This document shows positions 17,695 through 26,955 of a DNA stretch of 64,000 bases, in pieces. A program made the position numbers and the translations under genes. The notes under the pieces are model-generated. The model did not search any database and was not told where the DNA came from. It saw nothing but the letters and a program-made list of their open reading frames with translations. This stretch comes from Pseudobdellovibrionaceae bacterium. GTDB taxonomy: Bacteria > Bdellovibrionota > Bdellovibrionia > Bdellovibrionales > UBA1609. The stretch covers positions 5,229-69,228 of the forward strand of contig JAMLIO010000008.1 in assembly GCA_023954155.1 (NCBI GenBank). Reading direction: 5' to 3'. The first letter of the stretch is position 1, and each line of letters opens with the position of its first letter.

Positions 17695-18807
17695 TTACTG
17701 AGAGTTATCTTTTTTTAGTTCAGAGATAATAGTGGCTTTGAAAGGGTTTAATTTTTCTCCTAGGTCTAAAGTTTCTAGGGTGGGGATCAGTTCTGTGGCT
17801 TTTAAGTTAAGGGCCATGATAAGCGCATTGCGTTTTAGGCCGAAGCCTCGAGGGCGAGTCAGTGGGGTGCTTGCAAACTGTTTTTCTAGGCTTTTATGAG
17901 AGGAGTTTAAAATTTCAAGAATAGTTTTTAAACTGTGCGCTCGACTCCACTGTGCTGAGGGAGGCGAGGTGGGTTGATGTTTGTATTCAAAGACTTTTTG
18001 ATTCCAGGGGCAAACATCTTGGCAGATGTCACAACCAAAAAACCAAGTACCAAATTTTTTAGCCAGTGCAAGCGGTGGGGTGGTTTTGGCTTCAATGGTC
18101 CAATAGGAAATGCACTTGCTGGCATCAAGTTTAGTTTTAGTGGGGGAGTCAGAATCTACACTTAGAGCTTCAGTGGGACAGGCTTCAATGCACTTGGTGC
18201 ACTTTCCACAACGATCAGGGTGAACAGTGATGTCAGGCAAGGCGGAACTTAAGGGCAGACTGGTGATGATTTCGCCAATTAAAAAAAAGCTGCCTTTGTG
18301 AGAGTGAATGACACAGGTGTTTTTACCAAACCAACCAAGGCCCGCCTGGTAAGCAAAATCTCTTTCCATAATGGGTTGAGAGTCCGTGGCAGGCAAAAAA
18401 TGGTGATGCGGGAAGGTTGATTTTAATTTCTCACAGGCCTGTTGCAGTTTATGTTTAAACCAATAATGGTAGTCTATCCCTTGAGCGTACTTGGCGATAT
18501 GAAACGCTTGGTTCACATCATTAAGACTTTCATGGGGTTCAGGGTGATGAAAGTAAGACTCGGTGACAACAATGGTGCTCTGGGCATCAGGCAGAATGTG
18601 TTTAAGGTCTTTTTTGGTTTCAAGATGATCTCGGAGGTAGTGCATCTGTGCGTTTAGACCTTCATCGAGCCAATTTTGGTAAAAGGACATCGAAACAGGG
18701 GTGGTCAGAGGCAGGGCGCTCACCTGATCAAAAGAAAATTCAGTAAGTAAACTCTGGATTTGTTCTCTCACCAGATGACACTTATAATGAGAAGCATGGA
18801 CGGTCAA
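17695..18807 (-). CDS. queG: epoxyqueuosine reductase
   Basis: Two ferredoxin-type clusters are present (CGKCTKCIEACP and CDICQDVCPWN), with QueG-like N-terminal and HEAT-like C-terminal regions. The ORF-track start is TTG, so the exact start is uncertain. Confidence 0.8.
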   Translation of the reverse strand: MTVHASHYKCHLVREQIQSLLTEFSFDQVSALPLTTPVSMSFYQNWLDEGLNAQMHYLRDHLETKKDLKHILPDAQSTIVVTESYFHHPEPHESLNDVNQAFHIAKYAQGIDYHYWFKHKLQQACEKLKSTFPHHHFLPATDSQPIMERDFAYQAGLGWFGKNTCVIHSHKGSFFLIGEIITSLPLSSALPDITVHPDRCGKCTKCIEACPTEALSVDSDSPTKTKLDASKCISYWTIEAKTTPPLALAKKFGTWFFGCDICQDVCPWNQKVFEYKHQPTSPPSAQWSRAHSLKTILEILNSSHKSLEKQFASTPLTRPRGFGLKRNALIMALNLKATELIPTLETLDLGEKLNPFKATIISELKKDNSQ

Positions 18808-20154
18808 AACATCTTACGTATTCTGCAAAAAGATCCAAGGTATAAAGACCTTCAAGGGATATTTTCTACTCTGCAAAGCGCAGGTCATGAAATTTATTTG
18901 GTCGGTGGATGTGTTCGTGACGCCTTATTAGGACGAGAGATTCACGATTATGATTTTGCAACTTCTGCAAAGCCTGATGAAACTAGGTCTCTATTTGCTA
19001 AAACTTTAAATCATGGCAAGGCTTTTGGGACGATCACTGTGGTCACTTCCAGTGCTCACTATGAAGTGACGACCTTTCGATTAGATATGAATTACAATGA
19101 CCATCGTCGTCCAGAAAGCATCAATTACTCTGACTCTTATGTTGAAGATTCCAAACGTCGCGATTTCACCATCAATGCTTTGTACGCCAACTCAAAAGGT
19201 GAGGTGCTGGATCCCCAAGAGGGCCTTAGGGATTTAAAGGCCAAGATTTTAAAATGTGTGGGAGGGGATGACCTGCGTGGTGCTGAGGAGCGATTTCGCG
19301 AAGACGCCTTAAGAATGTACCGTGCTCTTCGATTTGCCTCACAGCTTGATTTTCAGATTGAAGCTCTGACTTTAGAGGCTTTGACCTCTTTATGGCCTTT
19401 GACTGCACATATTTCTAAAGAGCGTCGTTATCAGGAATTTAAAAAGATGGTCGACGCTCCTTATTTTGCACATCATTTACCGATGATCTTTGAAAAGAGG
19501 TTTTTGCCTTGGCCCACAGACCCAATAAATTCATCCTATTTATGCTTAAGGATGAAGCAAGCGTGGGGTTTTAATGTTCGATTTAAAATCTTCTTGCTGG
19601 AATGGATGCGTTTGCAATCAAAGACCAAGGATATGGCAGAAGAGATGTTTGCTGGATTAAAGCAGACTTTAAGTTTAACTAAGGAAGAGGGCAAGTGGTT
19701 GAGTGTGGCACTGGGGCTTCTCTATTCTGAAAAACTACGAACGGATGGGGAAGGACTTCTGCGCTCTGATCAAAAAAAACCAGCTCCCGCAACTCCCCAC
19801 CTGCTCAGAACAGCTGTGAAAGAAATTTTACATTCTGATACATCTATAGCGGCAGTAGAACTATTTTTATCTTGGGGTTCTCTTTTAGATGTCAAAGAGA
19901 TGAAACTATTTTTTATTTTAAATGTAAATTTACAAGAATACATCCAAGAGGACGTACTTGTGCAGCTCCGCGGACTTTTAGCAAAGCACACTGAAATGCC
20001 TAAGCCTTTGGTGAAAGCTCAAGACATTCTCAGTGACACATTAAAGGGACAAAAATTAGGAGAGGCCCTTTCTGAAATCTACAAACAGCAAATTCTTCTG
20101 GGCATTACAAAAAAAGAACCCCTCTTGCAGTGGTTCTTTAATCAGAAAGATTAG
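18796..20154 (+). CDS. cca: CCA-adding tRNA nucleotidyltransferase / poly(A) polymerase family protein
   Basis: YLVGGCVRDALLGREIHDYDFAT and RRDFTINAL are head-domain motifs. ATG at 18796 (MDGQNIL) is chosen to minimise overlap with divergent queG. Confidence 0.8.
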   Translation: MDGQNILRILQKDPRYKDLQGIFSTLQSAGHEIYLVGGCVRDALLGREIHDYDFATSAKPDETRSLFAKTLNHGKAFGTITVVTSSAHYEVTTFRLDMNYNDHRRPESINYSDSYVEDSKRRDFTINALYANSKGEVLDPQEGLRDLKAKILKCVGGDDLRGAEERFREDALRMYRALRFASQLDFQIEALTLEALTSLWPLTAHISKERRYQEFKKMVDAPYFAHHLPMIFEKRFLPWPTDPINSSYLCLRMKQAWGFNVRFKIFLLEWMRLQSKTKDMAEEMFAGLKQTLSLTKEEGKWLSVALGLLYSEKLRTDGEGLLRSDQKKPAPATPHLLRTAVKEILHSDTSIAAVELFLSWGSLLDVKEMKLFFILNVNLQEYIQEDVLVQLRGLLAKHTEMPKPLVKAQDILSDTLKGQKLGEALSEIYKQQILLGITKKEPLLQWFFNQKD

Positions 20155-20954
20155 AATTTAACTTTTAGGGTCGTGGTGTAAAGATGGTCCAGTCTTTCGC
20201 GTGCAGGAGTCGCATCAGGTGGCACGTTGTCATAGCTTAGTCTGTAAGCTAGTCCTAAAGAAAAGTTACCAGAAAGAATGACATCTAAAGAAGGTTCAAA
20301 ACGAATCTCGATGTCTTCAGTGTTTTCAACGTTAAGTTTGCTTTCTAACCACACTTTAGCAGAAAGAGTGTCTGAAAATTTATTAGAAAGTTCAAAATAA
20401 GATCTCCAAAAGCTAGTGTCAGATACGGGACCACTTGCAGGACCAGAAACATAAGCCGTCTCTTGTCTGAACGAGTAACCTTGTTCCGTAAAGAACTTAA
20501 GAGTGTCAGATTTGATGAAGTGGTAGCTTAAACCCAAACCGCCTTCAATTCGTTTCTCAAATCCTCTGAAGTTGTCTTTAGCCCATGATCCTAAAGCAAA
20601 GGCACCGAGCTTTTCGTTGAAAAGTCGCTCGCCTTTCAACTCCGCTAAAGAGTTTTCTGAAGTCAGTTCGGAAACGCCACCCACTTCCCCTTTAGTTTGA
20701 AAGTATTCACCGCGTAGAGAAAGGTTGTAGTTTTCTAGTAGTGTATATTTGTTTAAGGTTTTAAAAGTGACAGACTGAGACTCTGTGTTTCCTTGGTTTA
20801 CAATCACACCTGCTTCGGATTCACTAGAAAAGCTATTGTCCTGAGCAAGTACGGCGGTTGAAAGTGCCATCACCACGCCAAAGATCAAAGACTTAAGAGC
20901 TAAGAACGTGAGACCCAGTGGGGTACGTGCTATACTGTGTTTAGAGCTATACAT
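20151..20954 (-). CDS. outer-membrane beta-barrel protein, DUF481/YdiY-like
   Basis: Signal peptide, alternating amphipathic beta pattern, and a C-terminal ...TLKVKF ending in Phe. The GNTESQS start of the barrel is typical of DUF481. Confidence 0.55.
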   Translation of the reverse strand: MYSSKHSIARTPLGLTFLALKSLIFGVVMALSTAVLAQDNSFSSESEAGVIVNQGNTESQSVTFKTLNKYTLLENYNLSLRGEYFQTKGEVGGVSELTSENSLAELKGERLFNEKLGAFALGSWAKDNFRGFEKRIEGGLGLSYHFIKSDTLKFFTEQGYSFRQETAYVSGPASGPVSDTSFWRSYFELSNKFSDTLSAKVWLESKLNVENTEDIEIRFEPSLDVILSGNFSLGLAYRLSYDNVPPDATPARERLDHLYTTTLKVKF

Positions 20955-21069
20955 AAAGACCTCATTTGGTGTATATGGTTAATCAAATTTGTAATTTTAC
21001 AATAGGTTGTATTTTGTAACCCACATTAAGTAGTATTTTCAAAGTAGAGTGGCAAGGGCAAAAGGTGAA

Positions 21070-22137
21070 ATGATGAATCAAGATTCAAAAAAAAACCAAA
21101 ATTTAGGTTCAATGATGTCTCAGACTTCCCCCCTAGAGGACACTCAAAGTGAATATGAAGGAGCGGTAAGAAGCATTCGCTTGGAGCGGCCAAGACGCTT
21201 AAGAAAGAACGCTCGAGTGCGGGCCTCTGTGGCAGAAACGGTGCTTTCGCCTGCACACCTGATTCAGCCTATTTTTATAGCAGAAAAAACTGAGGACATC
21301 GCCTCAATGCCTGGCCAAAGACGTTTAAGTCTTAAAGACTTAGAGTCCCAAGCCTTAGAACTTCAAGAGCTAGGACTTTTTGGAGTCGCCTTATTTTCCA
21401 AAGTGGATGAAAAGCATAAAAACCCACTAGGCAGTTATGCTCTAGAAGACCGTTTGTATTTTGAAGCAATACAGATGCTCAAAGAAAGAGTGCCTGCGCT
21501 ACAAGTGGTGACCGACTTGGCTTTAGATCCCTATAGCAGCACGGGCCATGATGGGGTCTTAAATGAAGAAGGTCGGATTTTAAATGATGAGACATGTGAG
21601 ATTCTTTCTCAAATGGCTTTAAAGCATGCTGAAATGGGGGCCGACTTTGTTGCGCCCTCGGATATGATGGATGGACGAGTGTATGACATCCGCTGTGCTT
21701 TAGAATTAGGGGGCTATGATGATGTGGGCATTATTAGTTATAGTGCTAAATATGCTTCGTGCATGTATGGCCCATTTCGAGACGCGCTAGATTCTGCTCC
21801 TAAATCTGGAGATAAGAAGACTTATCAAATGGACCCCGCTAATTCCAAAGAGGCTATTAAAGAGGCGTTGCTTGATGTCTCAGAAGGAGCCGATTATGTG
21901 ATGGTCAAGCCCGCGGGATTTTATTTGGATATCATAAGCAAAATTGAACAAAAGGTAAGCATCCCTGTGGCAGCTTATCAAGTCAGTGGCGAATACAGCG
22001 CGTTGTGCGCTGCATTTGAAAGAGGATGGCTCAATAGAGAGCAGGCCATTGATGAAAGTCTGCTTGCTATTCGACGAGCAGGGGCTTCGCTAGTGTTCAC
22101 TTACTTTGCTAAAGAGTGGGCGCAAAAAAAATCTTAA
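21070..22137 (+). CDS. hemB: porphobilinogen synthase (delta-aminolevulinate dehydratase)
   Basis: RPRRLRKNARVRASVAET...LIQPIFI at the N-terminus. Active-site blocks are PSDMMDGRV and YQVSGEY. ATG at 21070 has AAGGTG upstream; the ORF-track GTG at 21049 is possible. Confidence 0.9.
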   Translation: MMNQDSKKNQNLGSMMSQTSPLEDTQSEYEGAVRSIRLERPRRLRKNARVRASVAETVLSPAHLIQPIFIAEKTEDIASMPGQRRLSLKDLESQALELQELGLFGVALFSKVDEKHKNPLGSYALEDRLYFEAIQMLKERVPALQVVTDLALDPYSSTGHDGVLNEEGRILNDETCEILSQMALKHAEMGADFVAPSDMMDGRVYDIRCALELGGYDDVGIISYSAKYASCMYGPFRDALDSAPKSGDKKTYQMDPANSKEAIKEALLDVSEGADYVMVKPAGFYLDIISKIEQKVSIPVAAYQVSGEYSALCAAFERGWLNREQAIDESLLAIRRAGASLVFTYFAKEWAQKKS

Positions 22138-22185
22138 TGACAAAATGATGACAATTCCAAATCAAAATTAGTCTAAGTTATAAGT

Positions 22186-23190
22186 ATGACTGAAGCTATT
22201 AACGTTGTGCATATTCCTAAAAACACTCTAGGAATGCCTTTGGACCTTAAGGACCAAAGACAAAATGCTGACGAGCTTTTGGGTCTACACCGCGCAGCCC
22301 TATCTTATGCCCAGCTAGAAGACCAGTTGGATGCCGCACAAGCTAGAAATGAAGCCCTGCTTTTTGAAACCTGCTTAAGAAAAATTTGGATCGTAAAATC
22401 TACCGATCAACTTGTAGCCACCGATCTTATGGATCAAGGTGTGAGTAGCTTTAAATCTCAAGAGGCTTATAAGTTTTTATTAGAAGTGATCTGTGGACTT
22501 CATTCACCTGTGGTGGGTGAAACAGAAGTTTTTGGTCAATTTAAAGAACAAGTGGTTAAAAAGACTAACCCCAAACATTCTTTGTTTAAAGTGGTCAGTC
22601 AGCTTGTCACAGATGCTAAAGACATTCGTCGTCAGTACCTTACACACTTAGGCAGCCAGACTTACGGCAGCTTTTGTCGCCGCGTCGTTTTAGATCAAAA
22701 CGCCGTGGACATGATTGGGTTTGGAAGTTTTGCACAAAGCATTTTGCCTTGGGTTTCTAAAGAGCACATTGAAGGTCGTATTTTTGTGCGTGATCTTCAA
22801 AAGCATTTAGGTCTTCAAAACGAAGAGCGTGATCCTTCTAAATCCAAAGCGGGTTCTTTTTCTAAGTTTAAACTTCAAGATATAAAAACTTGGGCGCAGT
22901 CAGAACCTATGCACCAATCAGTGCTCATTCTTTGTGCCCCGATAGCGGCACAAGAGGTAAAAGCCCAAGGCTATGAGGTGGTGATTGATCTTCGAGAAAC
23001 CGCCAAGACCGATCCTATAGCTCACTCTCAAGTGATCACCTTACAAGATGTGTTTGCAGAAATCCAAAAGGGCTCTGAGCATGCGCTAAACCAAAAGACT
23101 TTAGCTCTTGCTGAAGCCAGGGCGCGTGCGAGTCGATTTAACAACAGTATGATGCTTCGTCCTTTTGGTTGGGACGATATATGTGCGTAA
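22186..23190 (+). CDS. hemA: divergent, short glutamyl-tRNA reductase-like protein
   Basis: ETCLRKIW (catalytic Cys region, compare TCNRxE) and LLEVICGLHSPVVGETEVFGQFK (compare GLDSxxxGExQIxGQ). It is only 334 aa, so the usual C-terminal dimerisation helix region appears to be missing. Sits in a heme-cluster context. Confidence 0.65.
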   Translation: MTEAINVVHIPKNTLGMPLDLKDQRQNADELLGLHRAALSYAQLEDQLDAAQARNEALLFETCLRKIWIVKSTDQLVATDLMDQGVSSFKSQEAYKFLLEVICGLHSPVVGETEVFGQFKEQVVKKTNPKHSLFKVVSQLVTDAKDIRRQYLTHLGSQTYGSFCRRVVLDQNAVDMIGFGSFAQSILPWVSKEHIEGRIFVRDLQKHLGLQNEERDPSKSKAGSFSKFKLQDIKTWAQSEPMHQSVLILCAPIAAQEVKAQGYEVVIDLRETAKTDPIAHSQVITLQDVFAEIQKGSEHALNQKTLALAEARARASRFNNSMMLRPFGWDDICA

Positions 23191-23199
23191 GCTTAGGTT

Positions 23200-24672
23200 A
23201 TGATTATTGGTTCAAGGAAAAGTGATTTAGCTGTCATCCAAGCTCAAAGCATTGCTGAAGTTTTACAGTTGCAAAACCCCCATTTACAGATTCAATTTTT
23301 TCAACGCCCTTCCATGGGTGATCTTAATTTAGATATCGACTTAAATAAAACAGGGTCTAAAGGGGTCTTCACCGCTGATTTTGTAGAGCATCTGCAAAAA
23401 GGGGACTGTGATGTGGTGGTCCACTCTTGGAAGGATTTGCCTATAGACAGTCATCCAGAGTTTAAAGTTCTTTCAGGCCCTTATCGTGAAGATCAAAGAG
23501 ACATTTTATTTTTAAAACGTGCGTCTGATAAAAAATCTCATCTTAAAATTTTAACTTCAAGTCCTCGCAGAGAATTTCAACTGCAAGAGAACTTAAAAGA
23601 TCTCTTGCCCTTTCAGGCAGAGATTTCCTTTCAAAGCATTCGTGGCAATATTCCTACACGGTTTAAAAAGTATCTGGATTCAGATGCTGACGGGTTTGTG
23701 GTGGCTAAAGCTGCTGTGGATCGGCTGATGGGGGCAAGTTCAGAATCTTATGCCGAGATTCAAAAGCAAATTCAAAATGTATTTTCACAGTGTTTATGGA
23801 TGGTCTTACCACTTTCAGAATTTCCAACAGCTGCAGCCCAAGGGGCATTGGCTTTAGAAGTGCCAGTGCAAAGTTCGATACTTCCCACTTTGAAAAAGAT
23901 TTCTAATTTGCAAGTGGCCGAGTGTGTGGAGTTAGAAAGACAAACTCATAAGTCTTATGGGGGAGGATGCCATCAGGCCATGGGATTTTCGGCCTTGGCT
24001 TTAAGTGAGGGGATTTTGTTTTTCACTTCAGGGCAAGATGAGGGTCTAAATTTTAAAACTCAAGAGTGGCGACCGAAAAGAAATTTGCCTGCAAGATTTC
24101 AGCTGCAAGAGATATTTTTATCTTCAACTGTTAAAGTTCAAAGAACGACAACGCCACCTGTCTCCTTTAAGGCGGATCATTACTCTGAATGTGTTATTTC
24201 TCGTTTTGAAGCCTTCCCTAAAGATTTAGGGGCGAACCCAAATGCTGTGATCTGGGCTGCGGGGACAAAAACATGGAAGAAGTTAGCCGCTCAAGGCACC
24301 TGGGTGCATGGAAGTTTAGATGGGTTAGGTTTAGATCATAAACCTGAATTTTGGTTTTTAAAATCTTATTCCAAGTATTGGTTCACTCACGCAGAGGCCT
24401 CTTCAGAGCATCTGGGTGATTTTACAAAAGTTCCTATGTATAAAGTGAATTACACTTTAGAAGCGGGGGACCTTGAGAATAAAAAGATCTTTTTTTGGAG
24501 CAGCGCTGAGCTGTTTCATAAGGCTTGGAAGCTCAACTCTGCGGCTTTAAAGCCCGCCTTGCATGTGTGTGGACTGGGGCGAACATCTTGGGCGATCAAA
24601 TCCCTAATTCCTGACGCACAAATGTACTATGCCCTAGATGAACAGGAGTTTTTGCAAAGAGCCCTGCTGTAG
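23200..24672 (+). CDS. hemC: hydroxymethylbilane synthase with a ~190-aa C-terminal extension (candidate fused uroporphyrinogen-III synthase)
   Basis: IGSRKSDLAVIQA, GSKGVFTADFVEHL, VVHSWKDLP and the cofactor Cys in GGGCHQAMG identify HemC. It is 490 aa against about 310 typical. No separate hemD is present in the cluster. Confidence 0.75.
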   Translation: MIIGSRKSDLAVIQAQSIAEVLQLQNPHLQIQFFQRPSMGDLNLDIDLNKTGSKGVFTADFVEHLQKGDCDVVVHSWKDLPIDSHPEFKVLSGPYREDQRDILFLKRASDKKSHLKILTSSPRREFQLQENLKDLLPFQAEISFQSIRGNIPTRFKKYLDSDADGFVVAKAAVDRLMGASSESYAEIQKQIQNVFSQCLWMVLPLSEFPTAAAQGALALEVPVQSSILPTLKKISNLQVAECVELERQTHKSYGGGCHQAMGFSALALSEGILFFTSGQDEGLNFKTQEWRPKRNLPARFQLQEIFLSSTVKVQRTTTPPVSFKADHYSECVISRFEAFPKDLGANPNAVIWAAGTKTWKKLAAQGTWVHGSLDGLGLDHKPEFWFLKSYSKYWFTHAEASSEHLGDFTKVPMYKVNYTLEAGDLENKKIFFWSSAELFHKAWKLNSAALKPALHVCGLGRTSWAIKSLIPDAQMYYALDEQEFLQRALL

Positions 24673-24783
24673 TGATAAGGCATGATGAGACAGAGATATA
24701 AAAGTGAAGACACAAAATAAAGAAACCCACAGAGACATAAAGCGAATGTGAGAATCTAAGTAAACTAAATAAAGAGGTCGCCG

Positions 24784-26079
24784 ATGAAATCAGAAGAATT
24801 ATTTAACCGTGCTTTAAAGATCGCCCCTGGTGGTGTGCACTCTCCAGTGCGTGGGTTTCAAAATGTGGGAGGTCATCCCGTGTTTTTTAAATCAGCCAAA
24901 GGAGCCACTCTGGTTTCTGTGGAAGGCGATGAGTATTTAGATTTTTGCCAAAGCTTTGGGCCTTTGATTTTGGGTCATCAAGATGAAGACGTAAAGCAAG
25001 CCGTACACGAAATGATTGATACGATTTGGACTTCGGGAACTTGTGAACCTTACTCTTTGGAGCTAGCCGAAACCATCAAGGAACTGGCCTCACCTGTGGT
25101 GGAAAAATTAAGATTTGTCAGCAGTGGGACAGAAGCTGTAATGAGTGCGTTGCGTGTAGCGCGTGGAGCGACCAAAAAAGATAAAGTGATTAAATTTGAA
25201 GGCTGTTATCATGGACATGTGGATTCGCTTTTAGTCAAAGCTGGCAGTGGACTGGCGGATGGGGCAGCGGCTTCAGATTCCGCAGGAGTGTCATTGCAAA
25301 CAGCAGCCCAAACCTTAGTTTTACCCTTAGACGATGAAAAGGCCTTTAGAGATTGTGTGGATGCCCACAAAGATGAAGTAGCGGCTGTGATTTTAGAACC
25401 CTTGCCTGCTAACTTTGGCCTTTTAATACAACGCCAAGAATTTGTGGAGTATGTGGCGTCTTACGCTAAAAAAAATGGCATTCTTGTGATCTTTGATGAG
25501 GTGATCTCTGGCTTTAGAATGGGATTTGGGGGAATGGCAAGGATCTTAGGCATTCAGCCTGATCTTGTGACTTATGGTAAAGTCCTTGGCGGTGGATTTC
25601 CTGTGGGATGTTACGGGGGACGCGCAGAGCTGATGGACTTAGTGGCTCCTTCAGGGCCTGTGTATCAAGCAGGAACTTTAAGTGCGTCGCCTGTGGGTAT
25701 GGCCGCAGGTCTTGCACAACTTAAAAAAATGCAAAGATTAAATATTCACGACACCTTAGAGGCACGTGGGGCCCAACTTGAAAGAGGTTTTAACTCTATA
25801 GCACAATCTAAAGGGTGGAACATGCGTATGTTACGCCAAGGCTCTTTATTTTGGTTTGCCGACACCTCTAAAGGGGCTTTACGTCGTGTGGATCAAATTC
25901 CAACGGATCATAAATCCTTTTATAAGTATTTTTTTAAAGGCTTAATGTCTAGAAGACTTTATATGGCCCCCAGTGGTTTTGAAGTGGGATTTATTGGTTA
26001 TGCTCACACTCAAGATGTGATAGAACGTGCCATTGGTATTTTTGTCGACGCCATGGATGAAGCTTTAGGGAAGGCATGA
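24784..26079 (+). CDS. hemL: glutamate-1-semialdehyde 2,1-aminomutase
   Basis: PGGVHSPVR, SGTEAVMSALRVARG, FDEVISGFR and the PLP-Lys in TYGKVLGGG. Confidence 0.92.
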   Translation: MKSEELFNRALKIAPGGVHSPVRGFQNVGGHPVFFKSAKGATLVSVEGDEYLDFCQSFGPLILGHQDEDVKQAVHEMIDTIWTSGTCEPYSLELAETIKELASPVVEKLRFVSSGTEAVMSALRVARGATKKDKVIKFEGCYHGHVDSLLVKAGSGLADGAAASDSAGVSLQTAAQTLVLPLDDEKAFRDCVDAHKDEVAAVILEPLPANFGLLIQRQEFVEYVASYAKKNGILVIFDEVISGFRMGFGGMARILGIQPDLVTYGKVLGGGFPVGCYGGRAELMDLVAPSGPVYQAGTLSASPVGMAAGLAQLKKMQRLNIHDTLEARGAQLERGFNSIAQSKGWNMRMLRQGSLFWFADTSKGALRRVDQIPTDHKSFYKYFFKGLMSRRLYMAPSGFEVGFIGYAHTQDVIERAIGIFVDAMDEALGKA

Positions 26080-26942
26080 GTAAGAAGTTTATCTTAAGTT
26101 TTTTATGGTTAGGGTTCACCACAGCTTTAGGAAGTTGGTGGGTGTACTTTAGCTATTTACAATATAACTCCCTTAAGCAATCCAGCTGGGAGCACTCCTC
26201 AGATGTCTTACGTTACCAACGTATGCTGATCTATGAGGGAGGATTCTTTTTAGTGCTAGTGATTCTTGGTGGTGGGGCTTTGGTGTACTTTACCCTAAAA
26301 GAAAATGAAAGGCTCAATGAAAAAGAGGCCTTCTTTTCGGCCTTCAGTCATGACTTAAAAACTACGATCACCAATCTTAAGATCACTCTAGAAAAGATAT
26401 TACAAAAAAAATCAGGGATCTCTAGCCAAGACCTGCAACGCCTTTTTAATGAAAGTCATCGCTTAAGTTTACAACTTGAAAATTCGCTGCTTTTAGCACG
26501 ACAAAAAGACATCAGAGCTGTCTTAAGTAAAGTCTCGTTGACCAACACCATTGCGTTTTTAAAACAAGCCTGGCCAGAACTTGAGGTCAGACTCAGTGGC
26601 AATGTGGAGCTGTATGCTGACTCTGTGCTTCTGACCAGTGTGGTGTCGAATATTTTGCAAAACGCCAAAGTGCATGGCGATGCTAAAACTATAGATATCC
26701 AAGTCGAAAGTTCAGAAGATAAACCTCAGGTGCAAATCCTAGTCAGTAATGATGGACATCCTTTTGAAGGAGACTATAGCAAACTGGGGGCAGAGTACTT
26801 TTCTCGTGGTCAGTACAGTGGGTCAGGCTTGGGCTTATTTATCAGTAAAAAGTTGATGAAAAAGATGCAAGGGGATTTAAGCTTTTGTGATTTTGAAGGT
26901 CAGTTTTGTGCGGTGTTAAATTTAAATCGGTTTAAGGCTTAA
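26076..26942 (+). CDS. small membrane sensor histidine kinase (two TM segments, no obvious sensor domain)
   Basis: H-box FSAFSHDLKT, N-box NILQNAKVHG, G-box GSGLGL. The start forms an ATGA overlap with the hemL stop. Confidence 0.8.
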   Translation: MSKKFILSFLWLGFTTALGSWWVYFSYLQYNSLKQSSWEHSSDVLRYQRMLIYEGGFFLVLVILGGGALVYFTLKENERLNEKEAFFSAFSHDLKTTITNLKITLEKILQKKSGISSQDLQRLFNESHRLSLQLENSLLLARQKDIRAVLSKVSLTNTIAFLKQAWPELEVRLSGNVELYADSVLLTSVVSNILQNAKVHGDAKTIDIQVESSEDKPQVQILVSNDGHPFEGDYSKLGAEYFSRGQYSGSGLGLFISKKLMKKMQGDLSFCDFEGQFCAVLNLNRFKA

Positions 26943-26955
26943 AAGGCAAAAAGAT

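Noticed and set aside
18796-18807. Overlap of the divergent queG and cca 5' ends as a regulatory feature
   Set aside because: It depends entirely on an uncertain TTG start for queG and on the choice of cca start. It is more likely a start-codon annotation ambiguity.
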